In this document: piece after piece, positions 24,623 through 39,145 of the stretch
Position numbering within the stretch: the first letter of the stretch is position 1
Layout: each line of letters opens with the position of its first letter
Translations under genes and position numbers: made by a program
Assembly: GCA_025786725.1 (NCBI GenBank)
Contig: JAHLTZ010000001.1
Span: 682,001-746,000 of the forward strand
Source: Syncephalis fuscata S228
Lineage: Eukaryota > Fungi > Zoopagomycota
Direction of reading: 5' to 3'
DNA: 64,000 nucleotides
Notes under the pieces: generated by a model
Seen by the model: only the letters and a program-made list of their open reading frames with translations
The model's database searches: none
What the model was told of the DNA's origin: nothing

Positions 24623-27184
24623 ATGAATGCCGAAACACTTATCCAAGCAGTTGCTGGCGCAAATAAATCAGCTAAAGATAATAAATATCCATCTAATCAC
24701 TTGACTCGAGGTAATGTACGAGTCGATGGTTATTTACCTATTGAAGAGTATGGTGTAATTGGTAATATGCGTACGGCTGCACTATGTGGTCGAGATGGCT
24801 CAATTGATCTATTTTGCTATCCGGATTTTGATAGTCCATCAGTATTCTGTCGATTATTGGATGCCAAAAAAGGCGGCCACTTTTCTGTAGCGCCTTGCCA
24901 GCCATCGACATGTAAACAGCAGGTAAATTAATGTTTAATATGCATAATCGAATATAATAATAATTTGACATTTATCCAGTATCTATTGAATACAAATATG
25001 CTTGTAACACGCTTTCTACGTAAGGAGGGTGTTTGCCAAGTTATTGACTACATGCCACGTCCATCAAAGAAATCCCAGCCCAAGACGCTTTATCCATGGC
25101 TTGTGCGTCATATTGAAATGACTCGAGGAGAAATGACACTATGTATTGAGTGTGCACCAGCGTTTAATTACGCTCGTAGCACCCATAAAACAAGTCTAGT
25201 GCCCGACGATAATACAGCCGATCGTGAACCAATAGACACATACGACCATGTGCGTCGTAAAACAATAATAAACGATAAAAAGATTCTTTTTAGCTCAGAG
25301 GAATTAAATTTGGATTTACGTTGGATTATACGTTCAGATGAAGACGGACGACAGCCTGATGTGCAATGGCAATTGATTGAACCAAATGGTGATGACGATG
25401 GACTTTTAGGACCAAAAGCCTATACCGAAGTAACACTAAGCGAAGGTCAACAACTGATTTTAATTTTACGGGAACCAGTGCAAAAATCACTTTGCTGCCC
25501 AAGTCCAAATTACCAAGAAACGAAACGTATGTGTACAACAACACAATGTGTTACACTCGACCCGCCACTTTCGGCTGCACTTGTCTATGGGACATTTCAT
25601 GATACGGCCGATTACTGGCTCGATTGGATCGCCCACTGTAAGTATGCTGGTCGATGGCGTGAGGCGGTTGAGCGTAGTGCACTTATGCTTAAACTATTGG
25701 TCTATGAGCCAGTAAGTAGACTTGATAGATTTGGACGATTTATTACTAACTATTATCATGTGATTACTATATATACGCAAATATACCTTTTTTTGCCAAT
25801 AGTCAGGTGCAGTAGTTGCAGCACCGACATTCTCGCTACCCGAAGAGATTGGTGGCACGCGTAATTGGGACTATCGTTTTACGTGGATTCGTGATTCATC
25901 GTTTGCTATTTACGCACTTATTCGTATTGGTATGCTAACGGAAGCCGAAGCGTATATGGAATTTATCGAGCATCGCTGCGCAGACGCCAACCCCGATGGT
26001 TCATTGCAAATTATGTACGGTATACGTGGCGAAAAGCTACTTACCGAACATACACTTGACCATCTTCATGGTTATCGCGGCTCAAAGCCAGTGCGTATTG
26101 GCAATGGTGCCTATGACCATTTGCAGCTCGATATCTACGGCGAGTTACTTGATGGTGCCTATCTTTTTAATAAGTTTGGCAATCCGATTTCCTATGATAT
26201 GTGGTGCAATCTACGAAAGCTTGTCAATTACGTATGCGATAATTGGCATCGTGAAGACACAAGCATATGGGAAGTACGCAATCAAAAACGCCACTTTGTC
26301 TACTCAAAAGTGATGTGCTGGGTTGCAGTTGATCGGGGTAAGCTTGTATTTATTACTATAATAGCAATAGTATTAATTGATATTATTACAATGGCTGCTT
26401 TTCAAGGCATTCGATTGTCAGAAAAGCGCGTACTACCATGTCCTGACCGAGAACGTTGGTTAACTACACGCGATATGATTTACGAACAGATTCAAACGCA
26501 AGGCTATAATAAAGATCTCAAATGCTTTAGCCAGTCGTATGAAGCGCGTGACGTGGTCGATGCCTCTACGCTTATTATGCCACTGGTATTCTTTATTTCA
26601 CCGACGGATCCACGCCTATTAGGTACAATGGACCGTATTATGTTGCCTCCTGAAAAAGGAGGTTTGACGGCCAATAATCTTGTTTATCGATGCAAGTACC
26701 AAATTGACTGTATTAATTAGCTTGTTAATCCATTAATGATTATTAGATAATGTACTAGCTGCACACGATGGTGTTAGTGGCGAAGAAGGATGGTAAGTTG
26801 CAGTATACATGTTTTTATTTATTCATACTAAGTCATAATAATAAACTGCTTATTGCGCTAAAACAGTTTTACGATGTGTTGCTTCTGGCTTGTTGAAGTA
26901 AGTTGCTACTCAATAATTTCGCTAGTATTTAAACTAGCCATTTACCTTTCCTCTTCCTCTTCTAGGCACTTACCCGAGCTGGTCGATATCGGCACGATCT
27001 ACTGATGCGGGCCCGTGTTATGTTCCAACAGCTACTCGGATATGCCAATCATCTTACACTCTACGCCGAAGAGATTGCCCAAGGCGGCGAACAACTAGGC
27101 AATTTCCCGCAAGCATTCACACATATCGGTGTTATATCGACCGCGTTCAACTTGGACCGCGCTCTTCAAGAATCACATTCATAA
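24623..27184 (+). CDS. Glycoside hydrolase family 15 (trehalase/glucoamylase-like)
   Basis: [84 protein letters not shown]. Confidence 0.93.
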
Positions 27185-27689
27185 CATATGTGCCATAATG
27201 ACAATGTTACTAAATAGTTTAACATCTTACTCATACAATATATATATATATAATATAATGACTATTCCCTCTCTTTATACACTTGCATTAATATTTCACT
27301 ATTGCATCACACAGTCATTGATTAAAGGCGCATTGGATAAAGAAGCAGAACTATTTTACTTTGAGCCATTTGCTTTTTTAAAAAATAAATGGCATAATAA
27401 ACAAATAACTTTAAAAAAAGACAAATAGCATGTGTACACAATTATAATGGATTGGGCTTGTTAAAATGACGCTATTTATGTATATAACTAATAGGCCATT
27501 GTTTTGCTTTCTGAATGTTTGATGTAACGTTTTTATGTATGTTGACTTATCATCTCTGTCTCTCTCGATCCATCGATCACCTTATTAATTTACCGACCAA
27601 CAGAATTATTGTCAATATACTTCTTTACTATTTTCATCACTGTAAATTCCACATCATTGTCTACTTTGTTAGCTTAGCGTTCACACACC

Positions 27690-29430
27690 ATGAATATTAG
27701 TGGAAAATCAAACAATGACCTTCAGTTTATTAATTTCAACCAAGATTTTAGGTACGTTTGCTTCTACGAAAGATTGGACGAAGGCTTGTATTGTAGTACT
27801 TTATTAATCATTCTACTACGTCAGCTGTTTGTCAGTAGGAACACGCACTGGCTACAAGATCTACAATTGCGACCCTTATGGCAAATGCTACGCTAAAAGT
27901 AGGCTCTATGACTCTATTATTACGAAAACTAATCTAGACTGTGCTGTAGATGAAGTTGGTATGGGCATTGTAGAAATGCTCTTTTGCACGTCACTTGTAG
28001 CACTTGTAGGTGCTGGTGAACAGCCAGGATCGTCTCCTCGTCGACTACAGATTGTTAATACAAAGGTGGCTATTAATATGCTATATTGTTATATTGTTAT
28101 ATTGTTATATTATGTTACTAATACTGCTTATTATGAATAGAGACAATCGACTATTTGTGAACTTACGTTCCCTACTACTATTCTAGCGGTGAAGTTAAAC
28201 CGACGACGTTTAGTCGTGGTATTGGAGGAACAGATCTACGTTTATGATATCAGCAATATGAAACTCATTCATACGATAGAAACCACGCCCAATCCTCAAG
28301 GTAAGTTGATTGTAACAGGGACATATATTGTCGATATTAATATACATCTCTATCTAATTAGCGGTGTGTGCTTTATCGCCGTCAAGCGACAATTGCTATC
28401 TTGTGTATCCAGCTCCATCGCCTGCATCGGCTGGATCGCCATTTGTTAATCCATCAGACACGGCACAACATGGCACAACAACAACGGGCACTGTATACAT
28501 CTTTGACACGTTATCACTACAGACGGTCAATACGGCCCAGGCTCACAAGAGTCCGCTAGCCTATGTGGTGACCAATGCCGAGGGCACGATGATGGCAACG
28601 GCCAGTGATAAGGTAGATACGACGTGCTATGATAATCGATCTATATATCTAACGATGCTATATGCGAATTGCTTCTAGGGCACGGTCATTCGTGTATTCT
28701 CCCTGCCTGATGGTCAAAAACTGTATCAATTCCGTCGAGGCAGTTATCCAACACGTATTCATTGCATTTCCTTCAACTTGGTTAGCTCATTGTTATGCGT
28801 TTCAAGTGATCATGAAACGGTGCACATATTTAAGCTATCCGATGGCAATAATAACGACGATATTAACGCTACGGGCAGTATTGGTCGGGCCACTGCTGCC
28901 TATGGAGATAACAATAGCACACAAGGTCGTTCATCTGGCGGTGTTAGGTAAGTAAATATTGATTTATTAAACCATTTACTAAATATGAATATTACATTAA
29001 ATGATTGTAGTAAAATGCTACGAGCATCATCGATTAAAAAGGCAGTTGGCAAGAATATGGCCGGTTATCTGCCAGATGTACTAACGGAGATGTGGGAGCC
29101 TGCACGTGATTTTGCTCATTTGAAATTGAAGAGTGCAGGTGTTCAAAGTTTAGTAGCTCTTTCTAGGTAACTTACACTATTTTATTATATATGAATTACT
29201 AATTATTATTATTATTATTAGCTCGACACCACAAGTTATTGTTGTCACTTCAGAGGGCTATCTCTATTTATACAACATTGATTTGGAACGAGGTGGTGAA
29301 TGCGTGTTTAACAAGCAACATTGGTAGGCTACAATGGTGTATAATAGTGATCATATAGATATTAATATAATCTGAACATAGCCTACTTGATCCCAATGAG
29401 GATATCACATCTAGCATGATAGGCGAATAG
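27690..29430 (+). CDS. ATG18: Autophagy PROPPIN Atg18/WIPI
   Basis: [51 protein letters not shown] phosphoinositide motif, RDFAHLKL. Confidence 0.95.
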
Positions 29431-29667
29431 GCGACTAAACAAACGTTATTGTTTATAACAAAGCAACGAAAGAAGATGGTCGACAAGAATCATAATATCT
29501 ATTCTACAATACCGTACACTACTATTCTCATTATTGAATCCATTTTCATTTATTTTAGTGTGTGCACACGATAGTTGGATCTATGATTTATATAATTAAT
29601 GTTATCTTTTATTTGTCTATATAAGCGGTTGTATTAATGTAAATGTGTTTCGTACTACAATGGTTTA

Positions 29668-31514
29668 TCAATTAGGTGTTGGTAATAACAGTTGTTCATC
29701 TAAATGGGCCACAGTAAACATATCTCTGTCGATTAATAAAAGAGAGCGGCCAGTCGGGCTCCATCTTAAACCATTGACCACGAATTTACCTAATAGTTAA
29801 AAGAAACAGCAATATTAGTAGCTGCATTACTATTGATGTGCCTAATAAGCAACACTTACTACTAGGTAACTCGATGGCTTGACATCCCTTTTCTTCGGTC
29901 CAAAGATAGACATAACAATTACCACAACAAAATGCTAATACACCGGGTAAGATAGGATGCCAACGGGCAGTTCTTACAGGCGATAATTGTTGAATAAGTG
30001 CACGTCCTGCTAATTGATCAATCTGCCATATCCATAAACAATGTGACATATTATCTAAACATTGGTTAATATCTATGTATTTAATATTTATGGTCAATAG
30101 ATTACCATTGCGCGTTACAAAAAATCGACCTGCGGCATCAAAATCCAATAAATTAATTCCTAGACGTGGATTTGGTTTATCTGGATCTGATTTTGCTGAT
30201 TGAATAATGAAAGGTGGTTGAACAATATCATCTATAAACAATATTAGTTATAAGCTTATTAGTACCACCATTGGTACTGACAAATTGGTGCATTGCTCGA
30301 TGAGGTTGATTCTAGTATATTTTCAATATTGTCACGCTCTCGATAAATGGTCTATTATTGTTTAATACGTATAATAGTGAGAACGAATGACTACTTACTG
30401 TGGTAGTAGCAATATTATTCCGTTTTATTGCTGCCGGATGTTCGAATGAAGCAATTACCGACCAGGTAAAATGATTTAGTAAATGGACCTAGCTCATAAT
30501 ATTAAGATACTGTTACATTTTAATTTGATTTATTTACCTTTTGATCGTAGCCACCCACGGCTAAGAACTGTGATGAAGGAGACCATGCAACAGAACGAAC
30601 GCCTAGACCACGCCAATCCGGTATAAATGATTTAACAAGTTGTCCAGACAATGTGTAGATCAGCAGTTTATACTAAGTATTCGATAATTATTAGTGCTTT
30701 TTATTAAGTATAAACAATTCATAGCTATTTACCTCTAATAATGTATCCCAAACTGCTAGAAATTGACCATTGGGTGACCATTGTAATCCTTCTAAATCAA
30801 GTGTATCGACTAGAAATGTCTAATAGACACTATTAGCACAGAAATAAACAATAATCATAATTAAATAGCAATAGATTACCGTAGCCAATGTCCAATTATT
30901 TACATCGTAAATACCAATATGATCTTTAACCTCTTTTCTCTCAGCCAGTGCCATATAACATCCATCTTTTGTTACACTCAGGCCTAGTTGCAATGAATAA
31001 ATGGCTGTATAAACAAAAAATACTCTGCTATAATTTACCTTTCTCGCGTTGTTTAGGATACTTGATGTAAAAAGCTTCTTTATCGGTTAAAGACCAAATA
31101 GTAAGGCGCAGCTATAGTTACAAAAAAGCCTCTTTTAGTATAGTATTTCTTTAGCGAGTATCTCGTACTTACTTGCAAGTCGGAGAAACAGAGGATATGC
31201 CGACTATCGGCGCTCCATGCCACTCGCGACACACCCGCGGCTGCCTCATCAAGCGAGGCAGTCCATTTCTCGTCGTCAACACACCACACTTGTACAAGGT
31301 CCGTCTTAGCCGTGACCGACATGAGCAGTTCACTGTCGGGCGACCAATGAAGCTCGCGAAGCTGATCAGTCGACGTCCACTGCCGTACAAGTTGCCGTGT
31401 TTCAACATTGCGTACTACGACGCGATGCTGATAAACATTCGCCACATATACGCCCGACGGTGATAATTGGCAACTCTGCGGCACAGTATGCTTAAAACGC
31501 TCCGTGACATTCAT
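29668..31514 (-). CDS. WRAP73: WD40 protein WRAP73/WDR8
   Basis: LHWSPDS, VQVW, WSADSRHILCFSD, QWSPNGQFLAVWD, LGVRSVAWSPSSQFLAVGGYD, TRNDNM..CLWIW; about ten short introns. Confidence 0.85.
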
Positions 31515-32755
31515 AATGATGAAGTCGCGACAATCAACGCGTGTATAAATGCGTAAGCGTCAAATAGGGGAAAGGAAAATCCAGTAAAGTTGAATTTCCA
31601 AATACTACTAATGCCATGTTCATACAGTATTTTACTAAATTTGTATTTAATTATGTGCAGACTAATAATAAAGATTAGCTAGTACTAAAAGCACGTTTAT
31701 AATATATTCATAATTTCGTATTAATAAAACCATTTTAATATATCTTTAAATATTTGCACTTATTTTTGTAATCAATGCTACGTTGAATGTTTTGTATATA
31801 ACAATTCATCGACATGTACATGGTTACAGTTGCAATGGTGGCTTACTTGGCAGGTAATTTCAACTCTATAGTTCGATTATCAATAAATCCAAAAGGTATT
31901 TTATAACTATGGTATTAGTTTTCAAACTTGATTTAAGACTTGCCATACATCTTCTGATACACAGTAATATATTCTAAAAATAGCATTCTGAAGTTCTGGT
32001 ATTTGTACCGCATATCTAAAATTATCTGCTTCAATAAAATGCAAATAATTAGCCCAAATAATCTGAATATTTGCCAAATTTGAACTCTATTGAAACAGAC
32101 AACATGAGCTAGACTAGTTTTTATTACATTGAATCGCTCTTGTTGAATTGCTTCCATTATAAAATATCCATTATAAAATATAATCTCCAGTTGTTGTTAT
32201 TTGTAATGCTTATTATACATACTAATATTGGCATGCGATGGGTGCCTTGAATTGAACAAGTTTATTGCCAAACGCAATGTTACAGAGAACATGCAGCTGC
32301 AATAATTAAACTGGATTTATTCTATTGCACTTGAATGCCAACAATTGTTATTTCATCAATGCCCTGTGATGCTGGTCAGGTTTTTAATGAAACTTGCTAC
32401 TGTTAACTATGTAATTATTCATGCAATATTGTAAGCAATTGTAAATGATTGGTTTTTGCTCTACCCATCAACCTGTTTGTTTCAAGATTTAGAAACTGGC
32501 CATTATGGCCTACACGAGTCGCCGTGATCTTTGATACAACTTTGCGTTACAAGCTGGTCGTCATCTTGTTAAACAGCTATATAAACACATGCCTAATCCA
32601 TATATCCAATTATTACCGCACCATAGCACACTTTATTTCATCAGTTTTCACACCATCTAACATAATCTATACTTTCATACTGATATTACTGCCTTCTATA
32701 AACATCATCAATTTATTGAATACTGGATCTTCAATAATAGCAATCAAGTTTCAGC

Positions 32756-33880
32756 ATGTACTCCAATATTCTTAGTGGCAAACAACAACTAATTGCTGTG
32801 CTCGCCATCCTATCGCAGGCAGCTTCCATTTCCGCTAGCCCTCTCATTAATACAAACTTACTTGGCCCGCTTTTATCATCAGGACCATCCTTTGATAAGC
32901 AATACAACTTTAGGGCCGTTGCTCCAAAAAACCCAAGCGCATGGTTTGGTCCAGACGTTGAAGGCTTATCCGTGGATAACAAGGGCTTCTTCTACGCCAA
33001 TAATTTCGGCGAAGCAAACACACGCCCGCATAACACTATTGGTCGTATCGATCCATCTACCGATGCCGCCACCCTCTTTTACACGGACCCGGACAGCACT
33101 ACCTATATAACTGGTACAAGATTCTATAAGCCTTTCAACGCTCAGAATGGACTTTTGATGACCGATATCGCCAACCATCGAGTCATCAGCCTTACCTGGA
33201 ATACACCTGATACACCTCTTTCCCTTAGAGTGGGAGAAAATGGCAATGCTGAACGACGGGTCTTGTGCCAAAACCCCAAGATGATCCAGCCAAATGACTT
33301 GGCTGTAGCTGCACGAGGTCGCCACATTTATCTTACCGGCCTGCGTGGCACTAATGAAGCCGGCGAGGGTGATCTTTGGCTTTGCAGCGAATCCGGTGAA
33401 ATGACCCAACTCGAGCATATGGGACGAACAAACGGCATTGCGCTTAGCGCACACCAGGACTATCTTTACGTTTCTGAGGCGGTTGGTGGCTGGAAACCAA
33501 GTACCAATCGAATCTGGCGTTACAAATTGGATTTGATCACTGGCAAGCCGGAAGGACAAAAAGAATTGTTTTTTGACTTTGATGCATTTGATAAATCAGG
33601 TGCCACGGATATCAATGGCATTAGAATTGATGCGGAAGGTTCACTTTACGTGACCCGTATGGGCGTTGGTGAGATTATCAAACTGTCACGCGATGGAAAA
33701 GTAATTTCTCGCATCAAGACGTTGAAGAAAGTGGCAGATATTGAGTTTGGTGGCCCAGGCGCCAGGTCTATGTACGCCATTGGGCCTTGTGAATCAAAAC
33801 CGAACGAGTTCTCCACTGCTGGCTGTGTAGAAAAAACATCTGCACCAGTTAGTGGTCTTTCATGGACACAGCTGCAATAA
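32756..33880 (+). CDS. Secreted SMP-30/gluconolactonase/LRE-family beta-propeller, paralog 1
   Basis: Intact intronless 374-aa ORF; signal peptide; motifs VEG, QPNDL, MGRTNGIALS, DINGIRID. Confidence 0.88.
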   Translation: MYSNILSGKQQLIAVLAILSQAASISASPLINTNLLGPLLSSGPSFDKQYNFRAVAPKNPSAWFGPDVEGLSVDNKGFFYANNFGEANTRPHNTIGRIDPSTDAATLFYTDPDSTTYITGTRFYKPFNAQNGLLMTDIANHRVISLTWNTPDTPLSLRVGENGNAERRVLCQNPKMIQPNDLAVAARGRHIYLTGLRGTNEAGEGDLWLCSESGEMTQLEHMGRTNGIALSAHQDYLYVSEAVGGWKPSTNRIWRYKLDLITGKPEGQKELFFDFDAFDKSGATDINGIRIDAEGSLYVTRMGVGEIIKLSRDGKVISRIKTLKKVADIEFGGPGARSMYAIGPCESKPNEFSTAGCVEKTSAPVSGLSWTQLQ

Positions 33881-34037
33881 GTAATTGTTAATACTAATAA
33901 ACATACCGTTTTAGCATATAAAAGTTTATTCAAATTATAGTTAGCATTTATTATAAACTATATACAATTGCAATTTCATATACAATGTATTGAATAAAGC
34001 AATTAATTTCATTTAGCTAATATTGATGCAAGATAGT

Positions 34038-34971
34038 TTAAATCACGTAAAATGACCTACTAAACTGATCTATTTTTAACTGAGTAGTTTTAGCGATCCA
34101 AGGAATGAAAAGTCGCATCGTGCATAAAAACCAATAGCTCCTCTTCCACCGCAAACATCGCCAATACGTCCAAAAAAGTTTTTGCCAAAACTTGTGATAC
34201 CAATTTGTAGCCACAATGGTAAATCTATTTTATCTACTGAGCAGTATGAAGTATCCTGAGTCTCTATCAAAAGAGGATTGCCTGAATCGCCTACACACGT
34301 GTCTCTTCCATTGCCACTACCGATACATATAAGCTGATCAGTATGGTTGCTATAGCTGGGAAAAGCCTTGTTGCAAATGTTTTTGTCGCCTGCAGGTAAA
34401 TTAACGCGCTGAAGAAACGGCGACTCATCAAATGTCTTCGTCTTACCCCACCCAATGGCTGTGTAGACTTGGTTGTTTTCTACTATGCTACTATTTTGCA
34501 CTAATTTCACAGGCTGCATATTTGTGGAGAAATTTACAGGCTTTTCAAGTTCAATCAAGCCTGCATCAAATAAATTGTCATTATCTTTGTAACCGGGATG
34601 AATAAATATGTTTTTTGCTAGTTTGGGAGCAATCGTATTGCTAGTGATGTTGCCTATGCTTAATGAAATATTTTTATGTTTAACAAAATGGTTTTTTGTG
34701 TCTGTTCTGGTTGATTTATATCTACCAAGCAATGCGCAGCAGTTAATACCCAACGATCGCTGATTAGAGAACCGCCACATATAGCAGTATGATTGACAAG
34801 AATGCTAACAGCGAATGGAAACTGATTTACCTTTGCTCTAGAGCCACCAGCAATTTTCATTACATACTTTTGCGGTGTAGACGTAACAATCAATTGGAGA
34901 TTTGAAAGGATTGTTATAACTAGGAGCAATAAAAGCAATGGCTTTTTGGACTGAAAGTAATTGCTATACAT
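34038..34971 (-). CDS. Secreted trypsin-like S1 serine protease (frameshifted in the assembly)
   Basis: Signal peptide, IAGG mature N-terminus, CGGSLI, LTAAHC, DAGLI, DTCVGDSG; intronless. Confidence 0.9.
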
Positions 34972-36494
34972 TGTTGAAACTTGAGTTGCTCGGTGCTATT
35001 TGAAGATATAGTGATGATGAAAATGCGTACAATGTACTAGACGCTGTATCTGAGTCGATGCAAATAAAACCGCATATAATAAAAAGTATGCAAAGTATGC
35101 ATGTAAATAATAATTGTTATAAATTTAAAATTATACAATATGAGAGGAGCAGCAGCTGATTTTGAGAATTAAAAATAAAATGTAAAACGATAAAACTATT
35201 GCTCGATATATACACATAAGCTGCCTTTGCGGTTGAACAAAGAAACATTGCAAAGGCGATGTTTAGCAACAAATATGCAGTCTAATACAAAAAATTAGTT
35301 CCAATTAAATATTGTATTAATTTATTAGCTAGACTTTTATTGTGGTCAATTATTAAATTTAAACCTATGTTTGTATGCACAGCAAAAACATGTTACAGAT
35401 GCACTAGTAATTATATTTGATTATGTGACATATTTGATATAAGTATAATACAGCTAAAAAGCCACGCAATTGATTATTTGACACATAAATTACTGCTTGT
35501 GTGGCATATCTAATCCATATACATAATATAAATCAAGTCCAAGCTATCTGTTTCGTTTGTGTTTAGACAACTCCAGATAAACTTACACCTTTAAGTGTAA
35601 AAATATTGAAAATTAGCGATAGCACATGACAACTTTTTATTGCTATCGCTTCCAATAGCAATCAGAACTACAAAGATTGTAATCTATAAATCTGCAAAAT
35701 AATTATAGCAGCTTTACTATTTTTGTATCATATTCGTAACTATTTACAAACTCGTAGCTGAAATGCTATATGGTTTTATTTTTGTTTATTTATACATGTA
35801 ATTATATAAATAAATATTATTCTGATTGCTGCTGTCACGCTCAATCTTAAAACAAGCAATGTAACCTATACTAATTATAGAACCAGTATTTTGTGTAGTA
35901 CGTTTAGTGAATTGATTCATGAAACGATGATATGGCATTAGTTGGGCTATAATAGCCGGTATTTGCTGCAGCATGGTGTTCCAGACTCTCCTTGTTTCAA
36001 AAATAGTCCAATGTGATTTGACAAAGCTCCCTGTGCTGTTTCAACTACTATATCAGTTACATTGATGTCTACTAAATAATGCATATATTTCAAAGTAGTA
36101 TCGTAAATCCGATTAACACAGAAAACTTGCAGCTACATTGATAGCTAACCGCCACATTACAATGTTTTAGATTTCCACTTGGCAATATCATTTTGGGGAT
36201 CGTGTTACATGTTTCTAAGTAGCAATTAAACATGAGCGAAAATCGAATATCGTTTGGAAGCCAGCTAATACCAAGCGATAAGCTTTATAAATGCATGCCA
36301 ATTTCGACAGTTTGTCTTTTATCCCTCACTTCTTATCCAATATTTGCAGCTATTTAGCACATTATTACATCCGCAGGTTTCGGACAATAACACTGTTTAC
36401 TCATTACTTTACAATATACTATAGTATATTGTACTTATCTTTTTATCATTTCTATACTTTACTACAAGTGACCAGCTTGCCAACTACAGCTAAA

Positions 36495-37609
36495 ATGCAT
36501 TCCACTTTGCTTTTCTCTTCTGCTGCCGCAGTTGTTATCTTGCAAGTTCTTTCTGCGACTGCCATATATGTGCCCCCAAATCCAACCACTAGCAATTATA
36601 AACCTGTATCAAAGCTGCCTAAAGGAAAGATCGCATTTACAAAGATCGAACAAGGCAGCAACAATTTGTGGTTTGGTGACAAGGCCGAAGGTGCTGCCGT
36701 AGATAAAGAAGGCAATATCTATGCAGTTGATATGACCGCTTCTGGAACTGACGCCAAGCGACTTCTAAATAACGTTGGCCGTCTTGATTCCTCCAACAAA
36801 GCCAGTATATTCTACACCGATTCAGATACCACACCTATGTTAATGGTGTGCGGTTCGTTCAACCACGGCAAGGAGCCAAAGGTGGCCGTGTTTTATTGGC
36901 AGATGTTACAAACCACCGTGTTATCGAAGTGTCATGGACTACTCCAAATACACCAGAAAAGCTAACTATTGGTGGCAACTCCGAACGTCGTATTCTCTGC
37001 AAAAACGATAAGATGCTGCAGCCTAATGATCTTGCCGTGGCACCAAACGGCAAGCATGTTTACCTTACAGGGATGAAAGGAGATAACACCAGTGGATCTG
37101 GCGATCTTTGGCTCTGCGATGAAAAGGGCGTGGCTACACTTCTCGACACCATGGGTCGCACCAATGGTATTGAAGTGTGTCCGCTTGGCGACTATCTTTA
37201 TGTTACAGAGGCCGTTGGTGGATGGACACCTACAGCTGGTTATATCTGGAGATACACACTGAATAAAACCACCGGAAAGCCCGAAGGCAAGAAAGAGCTG
37301 TTCTTTGATTTCCAAAAGTACGATCAATCTGGCTCGACTGACAGCGATGGTATGCGTATTGACAGCGCTCATAATCTTTACGTAACACGCAATGGTGGCA
37401 AGAAAGTGGTTAAAATTAGTAAAGATGGTAAAGGCCAGACCATTGAAACCCCATTTGAAAAAGTAACCAATCTGGAAATGGGTGGCAAAGACGGAAAGAC
37501 ACTTTATGTCGTTGGCTCATGTTCAAGCTCGAAAGGGGACGGTACGACTGGCTGTGTAGCCAAGGCATCGGTTCCAACTGCAGGCCGTGCTTGGAAAGAA
37601 CTACAGTAA
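36495..37609 (+). CDS. Secreted SMP-30/gluconolactonase-family protein, paralog 2a
   Basis: MHSTLLFSSAAAVVILQVLSATA signal; AEG, QPNDL, MGRTNGIE, DSDGMRID; one 1-nt deletion near 36832. Confidence 0.87.
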
Positions 37610-39145
37610 ACAGAATCCATCTTAATTATGCTGTTGTCGTTATACATATTAAATAAAGATGGCTTAACCAAATAATATTATACAATTTATTAATGTAGAA
37701 TGTTCTAACACAACTGCAAATAAACTATGGTAAAAACATAGTCATGAATTACCAGACTATCTTTACTGGCTGCTTTCTAGAAGCAATCAATCCAATAATA
37801 CCATTACACTTAATTGCGCTAAATATTCTTACCAATCAAGCAAACTTCACATTATACATTAATCTGCAACTTTACAAGTAAAAGAGGTTTTGCTAATATT
37901 TTACATACTTAGTAATTTAGTGGCAAAGCTTTATTATATTAATTACCGTAAAAACAATAGCAATCCTTAAGCAATTAAACATTACGCTAGCTGATTATAG
38001 ACTAGATAAGATTTATAAGAAAACAAGAAAATAAATGAAGTAATTAATAATTTTTATTAGAGATAACAAATAATAATGTATTTTTATAATAAAATGAGCT
38101 GTAATAAAAGATAGTTGTGAAGAAAGAATTTGAGCTTATTGTCTGCTTTTTCCATTCAATGATAAACATGAGCACTATTTTACTTCAATTAAATTAGCGT
38201 TCACGCAATATGTTAATAGTATAATAAAAGCAGCGATGTACCTGTAAGGGCCATAGGTCACTTATAAATTAGTAATTGGCCATTTCAATTATTTGCTAAG
38301 TATATTGAACTGAGTACTGCACCGCGTGCTTGATAATAGGACACACAATATTAGTGTAGTTAAATCACATGACCATATACTAAACAGTTAATTACTATTA
38401 TCATTTATGGTAATAAAGCTTAAAGGATCACATGACTAAATCAATATGCATTTATGACAATATACAATTGAATAATTGTTTATTGTTTTCTTGCATTATA
38501 TCTTATATGAGTGGTATACATTGTACTGGTCATAAAAAAATATTTGTGTAGTATGTTTAGTAAATTAAATTCACGAAACGGCGATATGGCGTTAAGGCCC
38601 ATGCTAACTGGCATTTGCCACAGGCATGGCATTTCGGCTCTTCTTTGTTTCAAAAATAGGTCAATGTGACTTAAGGTTCTCTATGGCGTTTAACGATTAT
38701 ATCAACCATATAAATGTCTACTAAATAATGCATATATTTCAAAGTAGTATCGTAAATCCGATTAGCATATAAAACACACAGCTACATTGATAGCTGACCG
38801 CCACATTACAATGTTTTAAAATCCCATTTGGCAATACCATTTTGGGGATCGTGTTACAAGGGCTCAAGTAGTAATTAGACATGAGCGAAAATCGAATATC
38901 GTTTGGAAGCCAGCTAATACCAAGTGATAAGCTTTATAAATAGCATGCCAATTTCGACAGTTTGTCTTTTATCCCTCACTTCTTATCCAATATTTCGCAG
39001 CTATTTAGCACATTATTACATCCGCAGGTTTCGGACAATAACACTGTTTACTCATTACTTTACAATATACTATAGTATATTGTACTTATCTTTTTATCAT
39101 TTCTATACTTTACTACAAGTGACCAGCTTGCCAACTACAGCTAAA

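Noticed and set aside
29668-31514. WRAP73 as evidence of a centriole or flagellum
   Set aside because: WDR8 orthologs also act at spindle pole bodies in non-flagellated fungi.
32966-33559. Long antisense ORFs over the lactonase genes (also 36962-37372, 39510-40022)
   Set aside because: Shadows of the sense coding frame with no independent protein features.
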